DNA from: an uncultured Actinomycetes bacterium | GTDB taxonomy: Bacteria > Actinomycetota > UBA4738 > HRBIN12 | Length of the DNA: 64,000 nucleotides | Direction: 5' to 3' | NCBI GenBank assembly: GCA_963810945.1 | Contig: CAWEPI010000014.1 | Coordinates: 174,308 to 238,307 of the forward strand | Part shown: piece by piece, positions 59,059 through 64,000 of the stretch | How the letters are laid out: each line of letters begins with the position of its first letter | Numbering within the stretch: the first letter of the stretch is position 1 | Position numbers and translations under genes: made by a program | Notes under the pieces: model-generated | The model's database searches: none | What the model saw: the letters and a program-made list of their open reading frames with translations, nothing else | What the model was told of the DNA's origin: nothing

Positions 59059-60376
59059 TCAGTCTCCCGCGCTCGGAGGGTCCGTGCCAGGCATGGACCC
59101 TTGCCCGGCGAGCTCGAGCGAGCCGTCCCGCTCGGGGTCGCGCGCCCCGGGCATGAACAGGAACAACAGGGTCGCCGCCGCCCCGAGGATCCCCGCGACG
59201 ATCAGGACGTCGTCCGCGCCGAAGGCGGTCGCGAGCGGACCCACGACCAGGAACGACACGGGCGCCCCCAGGATCGTGATCATCCAATCGAGCGAGGACA
59301 CGCGGCCGAGGAGTTCGTTGGGGACCAGCCGCTGCATCGCCGTGAACCAGATCACGACCAGCACCGAGATCGCGCCCTCCGCCACGAACGAAGCGGCCAT
59401 GGCCTGCGGGACGTTGGCCACGATCCCGAACGCGGCGGTCATCCCCATCCCGATGGCCCACGCGACGTACATCACGGTGATCGGTTTGCGCGGCAGACCT
59501 CCCCGTTGCGCCATGACGAGCGAGGCGATGATCGAGCCCACCCCGCCGGCGCCGAACACGAGGGCCAGCTGGAGCTCCGTCCCGTGCATCTGATCCGTCA
59601 CCACGAACGGCACGAGTGTCTCCCACGGCCCCCAGACGCAGAACAGGCTGACCATCCCGCCGAGGAGCCCCCATCGCAGCCACGGGGTCGATCGCACGTA
59701 CGCGATGCCCTCGCGGACGTCGGTCCACAGATCCGTCTGCGTCCTCGCCGTGCCCCGGATCCGCGCGCACGCGCATCATCGAGATGCAGACGGCGGACAC
59801 GATGAACGTGAGCCCGTCGGCGATGAAGGCCCAACCCGTCCCGGCCACCCCCACGACGACGGCCCCGATCAGCGGACCGACCACGATCATCGCGAGCGGC
59901 CGCACGGTGGAGCCGATCGAGTTCGCCTGCACCAGCTGGTCCTCGGGCACGATCATCGGGACGATCGAGCTGAACGCGGGCCAGAAGATCGCCTGGCCCG
60001 CCCCGTAGACGAACACGAGAGCGACCAGCAACGGGATCGTGATCACATCGGTCAGGATCAGGGCTCCGATCGCGCCGATCGCGGCGAGGCGCAGGAGATC
60101 ACCGATGATCATCAGGTGCCGGCGATCCATCCGATCGGAGAGCGCTCCGGTCGCGAGCAGGAAGAGCACCTGCGGGAGCGACCAGGCGGCGCCGACGAGC
60201 GAGAAGACCGCGGGAGAGGCCTCCAGGTCCTTGTAGACGAGCCACGCGACGGCGAACACGTAGATCCCGTCGCCGATCATCGAGACCGTCTGCCCGATCC
60301 AGAGCAGCCGGAAGTCGCGGTGGCGAAGGGGTCGCAGCACGCCGACGCGCTCGAACAGCGGAGCGGACTCGCTCAT
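59059..60376 (-). pseudogene. MFS transporter (DHA3-like) with one frameshift near 59740
   Basis: LRHRDFRLLWIGQTVS, GALSDRMDRR; second half VPNELLGRVSS in another frame. Confidence 0.82.
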
Positions 60377-61785
60377 CTCGCTGGCCCGCCCATCCGACCC
60401 AGCGCGTCATAGGCCGCGTACTTGAAGGCCTCACCGAGCGTCGGGTAGTTGAAGACCGTCTCGATGAAGGTCTCCACGGTCCCGCCGAGCGTGATCGCCA
60501 TCTCTCCCACGTGCACGAGTTCGGAAGCGCGTTCACCGATGCAGTGACATCCGAGGAGTGCGCGCGTCGCTCGATCGAAGACCAGCTTCACCATGCCGTC
60601 GCGGTCACCGAGGATCTGGCCCCGCGCGTTGTCGCGGAAGAACGCCCGGCCGACCACCACGTCCACCCCCCGCGCCTCCGCCTCTCGCTCGCCGAGGCCC
60701 ACGCAGCTCACTTCCGGGATCGTGTAGACGCCATAGGGCAGGAGGCTCGAGACCCGCTGCTTGTAGTCGAAGCCGAACGCGCGGCACACGGCCACCCGCG
60801 CCTGCTCCATCGACGTCGAGGCGAGCGCCGGGAAACCGATCACGTCGCCCGCGGCGTAGATCGCCAGGGTCGCCGTCCGGAACTCCTCGTCGACCACGAC
60901 GTAGCCGCGGGCGTCCGTCTCCACGCCGGCCGCCTCGAGGTTCAGGTCGGCCGTGTTCCCGGTGCGTCCCGACGCGACCAGGATCTGCTCGGACGCGATC
61001 GGCGTGCCCGACCTCAGTCGGCACGCGAGCCGCCCGTCCGGCTCGCGCCGCACCTCCTCGGCCTCGTCGCCGAGGTGCGGCACCACCCCGAGGTGCGTCA
61101 TCGCCTCCAGCAACCGCTCCCCCATCTCGTGATCGAGGAACGGCAGCAACGTGTCGCGTTTCTCGACGAGATGCACCTCGACCCCCAGCGCCGCGAACAT
61201 CGAGGCATACTCGCAGCCGATCACGCCGCCCCCCAGCACCGCGAGCGAGGACGGGAGCCGATCGATCCCGAGGATGTCGTTCGAGTCGTGGACGTGGGGA
61301 TCGTCGAAGGGGATCGCGGGCGGGCGGAAGGGATGCGATCCGGTGGCGATCAGCGCGGCGTCGAAGGCGAGCGTGCGAACCCCGCGATCCCCGGTCACCT
61401 CCACGGTATCGGCGGCGGCGAAGCGCGCCGCTCCGTGGATCTGCTCGACGCCGTGCGCCTCGAGGTTCCGCACGACCCGCGCGGACTCCAGCCCGCGCAC
61501 CGCGTCCTTGCGGGCGATCAGCTTGGCGACGGCGAGATGGGGCTCGACCTCCACCGTGACCCCGTACAGATCGAGCTGCCGATACCCGGAGAGGAACAAC
61601 GCCGTCTCCCGGAGCGTCTTCGACGGCAGCGTTCCGGTGTGGACCGCCGCACCACCCGGTTCATCCTCGCGCTCGACGATCGCCACCCGCTTGCCGAAGT
61701 AGGCGGCCTGGGCGGCCCCCTTCTCCCCGGCCGGCCCGGCACCGATCACGACCAGATCGAACCGATCGACGTCGCTCAACCCCAT
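60373..61785 (-). CDS. sthA: Soluble (Si-specific) NAD(P)+ transhydrogenase
   Basis: GAGPAGEKGAAQAAYFGK, HTGTLPSKTLRE (no redox Cys pair), GDVIGFPALASTSMEQ, FNYPTL.EAFKYAA. Confidence 0.9.
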   Translation of the reverse strand: MGLSDVDRFDLVVIGAGPAGEKGAAQAAYFGKRVAIVEREDEPGGAAVHTGTLPSKTLRETALFLSGYRQLDLYGVTVEVEPHLAVAKLIARKDAVRGLESARVVRNLEAHGVEQIHGAARFAAADTVEVTGDRGVRTLAFDAALIATGSHPFRPPAIPFDDPHVHDSNDILGIDRLPSSLAVLGGGVIGCEYASMFAALGVEVHLVEKRDTLLPFLDHEMGERLLEAMTHLGVVPHLGDEAEEVRREPDGRLACRLRSGTPIASEQILVASGRTGNTADLNLEAAGVETDARGYVVVDEEFRTATLAIYAAGDVIGFPALASTSMEQARVAVCRAFGFDYKQRVSSLLPYGVYTIPEVSCVGLGEREAEARGVDVVVGRAFFRDNARGQILGDRDGMVKLVFDRATRALLGCHCIGERASELVHVGEMAITLGGTVETFIETVFNYPTLGEAFKYAAYDALGRMGGPAR

Positions 61786-61917
61786 CGCCCTCTCTCCGGC
61801 GTCCGCGGCGGACGCCCCCTCAGTATCCAGGGCCACGGCCGTAGGGGGATGGCTCAAGGACGCGGCGCGCTCGGTCGACCCTTTAGGGAAGAGGCATGGG
61901 AGGAGTGAGGAGTCGCC

Positions 61918-62379
61918 ATGACGGTCGACCTTCCTGACGGGGACGATGCATCGCATGCGCCGTCGGAAGACGAGTTCCTCGAGGACCCGATCCGCCTGCT
62001 GATCGCCGACGACGACGACCGCACGACGATGGTCCTCCGCGACAGCCTGCCCGCCTTCGGCTTCGACGTCGTGGGCGAAGCGAGGAACGGCGAGGAGGCG
62101 GGTGACAAGGCCGCCTCACTGAAGCCCGAGGTCGTGCTCCTGGACCTGCGCATGCCCGACGTCGACGGCATGGAGGCGACGGTGCTGATCAAGGCCCAGG
62201 AGCCGAGGACCCAGGTGGTGATCCTCACGGCCTACTCGGAGCAGGGCTCCCGATGGGCCGCGGAGTTCGTGGGCGCCACCACCCTCTTGGAGAAGAACGC
62301 GCCGCTCGACGTGCTGGTCGACACCCTCCGCGCCGCGGCCCACGTCTACCGCACCTCGAGCTCCGAGGACGACGCTTGA
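61918..62379 (+). CDS. Stand-alone response regulator receiver protein
   Basis: LLIADDD, LLDLRMP, ILTAY, LEK. Confidence 0.85.
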   Translation: MTVDLPDGDDASHAPSEDEFLEDPIRLLIADDDDRTTMVLRDSLPAFGFDVVGEARNGEEAGDKAASLKPEVVLLDLRMPDVDGMEATVLIKAQEPRTQVVILTAYSEQGSRWAAEFVGATTLLEKNAPLDVLVDTLRAAAHVYRTSSSEDDA

Positions 62380-62470
62380 CGGGCTCGATCTTCTCCCCGG
62401 ATGTTGTCGATGTAGGCCTCAAGGGTCACCTGCTCTCCTCCCTCAGCTGCGGTCGTATGCTCGGCGAACG

Positions 62471-62896
62471 ATGTCCTTCACGCGGATAAGGGCGCACACC
62501 ATCTCCACCCGGGTGGCCACCGGTGCGTACATCCTGCACTCGGGCTGGGAGAAGTGGCACGGCGACGACGAGCGGGCGCGGGGCATCCACGCGATGGCCT
62601 CGGGCGCGTTCCCGTTCCTCGCCGACGTCCCGCCGGCGCGGTTCCTCAGGGCGCTCTCCGTAGCCGAGATGGGCATCGGAGCCGCGCTGCTCGCGCCGTT
62701 CGTCCCCGACCGGCTCGCCGGCGCGCCGCTGACGGCCTTCGCGGGAGCCCTGATGGCGATGTACCTGCGCACACCCGCGCTGCACCGACCGGGGAGCGTG
62801 TGGCCTACACCCGCCGGGATCGCCGTCAGCAAGGACGTGTGGATGCTCGGGATCGGCGTAGGGCTCCTCGTGGATCGCCCCGCATCCCCACGCTGA
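62471..62896 (+). CDS. Hypothetical membrane protein (DoxX-like)
   Basis: RVATGAYILHSG..K, AEMGIGAALL, GIAVSKDVWMLGIG. Confidence 0.75.
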   Translation: MSFTRIRAHTISTRVATGAYILHSGWEKWHGDDERARGIHAMASGAFPFLADVPPARFLRALSVAEMGIGAALLAPFVPDRLAGAPLTAFAGALMAMYLRTPALHRPGSVWPTPAGIAVSKDVWMLGIGVGLLVDRPASPR

Positions 62897-62984
62897 GTCC
62901 GCGCCGGGGAGTCGTCCGACCTCCAGAGCGAGGGTCACCCAACCGTTCGGCCGCCGACGCATCGGTGAAAGGCTGGGAAGTGCC

Positions 62985-64000
62985 TTGAGGAGCACGCTGG
63001 AACTCGACCGGCTCAGCACGCAGGACGCGAGCAACCTGCGGATCGAGGCGCGCGGGGTCCCCATGCACGTGGCCGCGCTCGCGATCCTGGAGGGCGCTCC
63101 GTTGCGTGACGCCGAGGGCCGGCTGCGGCTCGAGGCCCTCCGGGGCGAGATCGGACGTCGGCTCCACCTCGCGCCCCGGCTGCGCCAGGTCATCCACCGG
63201 CCGCGGCCGGGCCATGGCCGACCGTTCTGGGTGGACGATCCCGGCTTCGACATCGGCGCACACGTGCGGGAGTGCCCGATCGCCCCACCCGGAGATGAAG
63301 AGGCGTTGTTGCGGACGTGCGAGCGCCTGGACCGGCCGGCGCTCGATCGATCCCGACCGCCGTGGGAGCTGTGGTTCCTCACCGGTCTCGACGACGGCCG
63401 TGTGGGGATGCTGATCCGCCTGCACCACGTCGTCGCCGACGGCGTCGCGTCGGTCGCGCTCCTCGGAACCCTCTTCGACGACAGCGCGGGTGCGACGGCG
63501 CCGATCGCGCCGCCGTGGGTCCCGGTGCCGATCCCCGCCTCGCGAGACATCCTGGCCGACAACGTCCGGAGCCGCGGCCGGTCGCTGGATCGCGCCATCT
63601 CTTGGCTCGCGCACCCTATGCCGGGGCTGAGGCGGCTCGGCGCGATACCCGCGTCCCTGGTGGACGTCTTCGGCGAGGGTTGGGCCCCCCGGTCGTCCCT
63701 CAACGTCCCCGTGGGGACCCGGCGGCGGCTCCTGCTCGCACGCGCGGACCTCGACCGGGCCAAGGACGCGGCCCACGCGCACGGCGCGAGCGTGAACGAC
63801 GTCCTGTTGGCGGCGGTAGCCGGAGGCGCACGGGAGCTGCTGCGCAGCCGCGGCCAGCTGACGCCCGGGCTGAGGCTGCGGACATCCGTCCCGGTCTCCG
63901 TGCGGACCTCCCGAGACCGACCGGACGCGGGCAACCTCGTGGCGCTGATGATCGTCCCCCTCCCCGTGGCGGAGTCCAACCCCGTTCGGCTGCTCGAGGC
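62985..64000 (+). CDS. Wax ester synthase / diacylglycerol acyltransferase (runs off window end)
   Basis: Manual translation: RLSTQDA...PMHVAALAIL...PRLRQ...LDRSRPPWELW...HHVVADG (HHxxxDG)...SVNDVLLA...VPVS...GN; not in the ORF track. Confidence 0.88.
   Translation, partial: MRSTLELDRLSTQDASNLRIEARGVPMHVAALAILEGAPLRDAEGRLRLEALRGEIGRRLHLAPRLRQVIHRPRPGHGRPFWVDDPGFDIGAHVRECPIAPPGDEEALLRTCERLDRPALDRSRPPWELWFLTGLDDGRVGMLIRLHHVVADGVASVALLGTLFDDSAGATAPIAPPWVPVPIPASRDILADNVRSRGRSLDRAISWLAHPMPGLRRLGAIPASLVDVFGEGWAPRSSLNVPVGTRRRLLLARADLDRAKDAAHAHGASVNDVLLAAVAGGARELLRSRGQLTPGLRLRTSVPVSVRTSRDRPDAGNLVALMIVPLPVAESNPVRLLE

Overview
64 kb of very GC-rich DNA that looks actinobacterial (F420-type LLM enzymes, WS/DGAT, DUF1918, class III cyclases, Ser/Thr kinase + FHA regulator). 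I saw no rRNA, tRNA, CRISPR array, integrase or transposase. The main feature is a ~20 kb catabolic cluster (9.8-29.5 kb). It contains two TenA thiaminase II paralogues, a ThiXYZ-like ABC importer, two M20 hydrolases, an M29-like hydrolase, three amidohydrolases, alcohol and aldehyde dehydrogenases, a Mer-like LLM enzyme, a CoA-transferase, methylmalonyl-CoA epimerase, a GntR regulator and a split B12-dependent acyl-CoA mutase whose active-site motifs are strongly remodelled. It has no TPP riboswitch but carries a repeated TATCWGATA-like operator candidate. My best reading is a B12-dependent pathway that degrades the pyrimidine half of thiamine or oxythiamine; this is inference. Next to it is a SLATT-patatin-papain-like protease operon divergent from a membrane class III cyclase, a possible nucleotide-signalling or defence module. 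Other notable items are a BHMT-like methyltransferase, a single-chain GAF-kinase-REC-LuxR regulator ahead of fba-cbbY-dhaL-dhaK, and a DUF1918 protein with 14 identical AKKSV repeats. Several genes, mostly at 46-60 kb, carry single-base frameshifts that look like long-read errors. All family calls come from motif recognition by eye, not from database searches.
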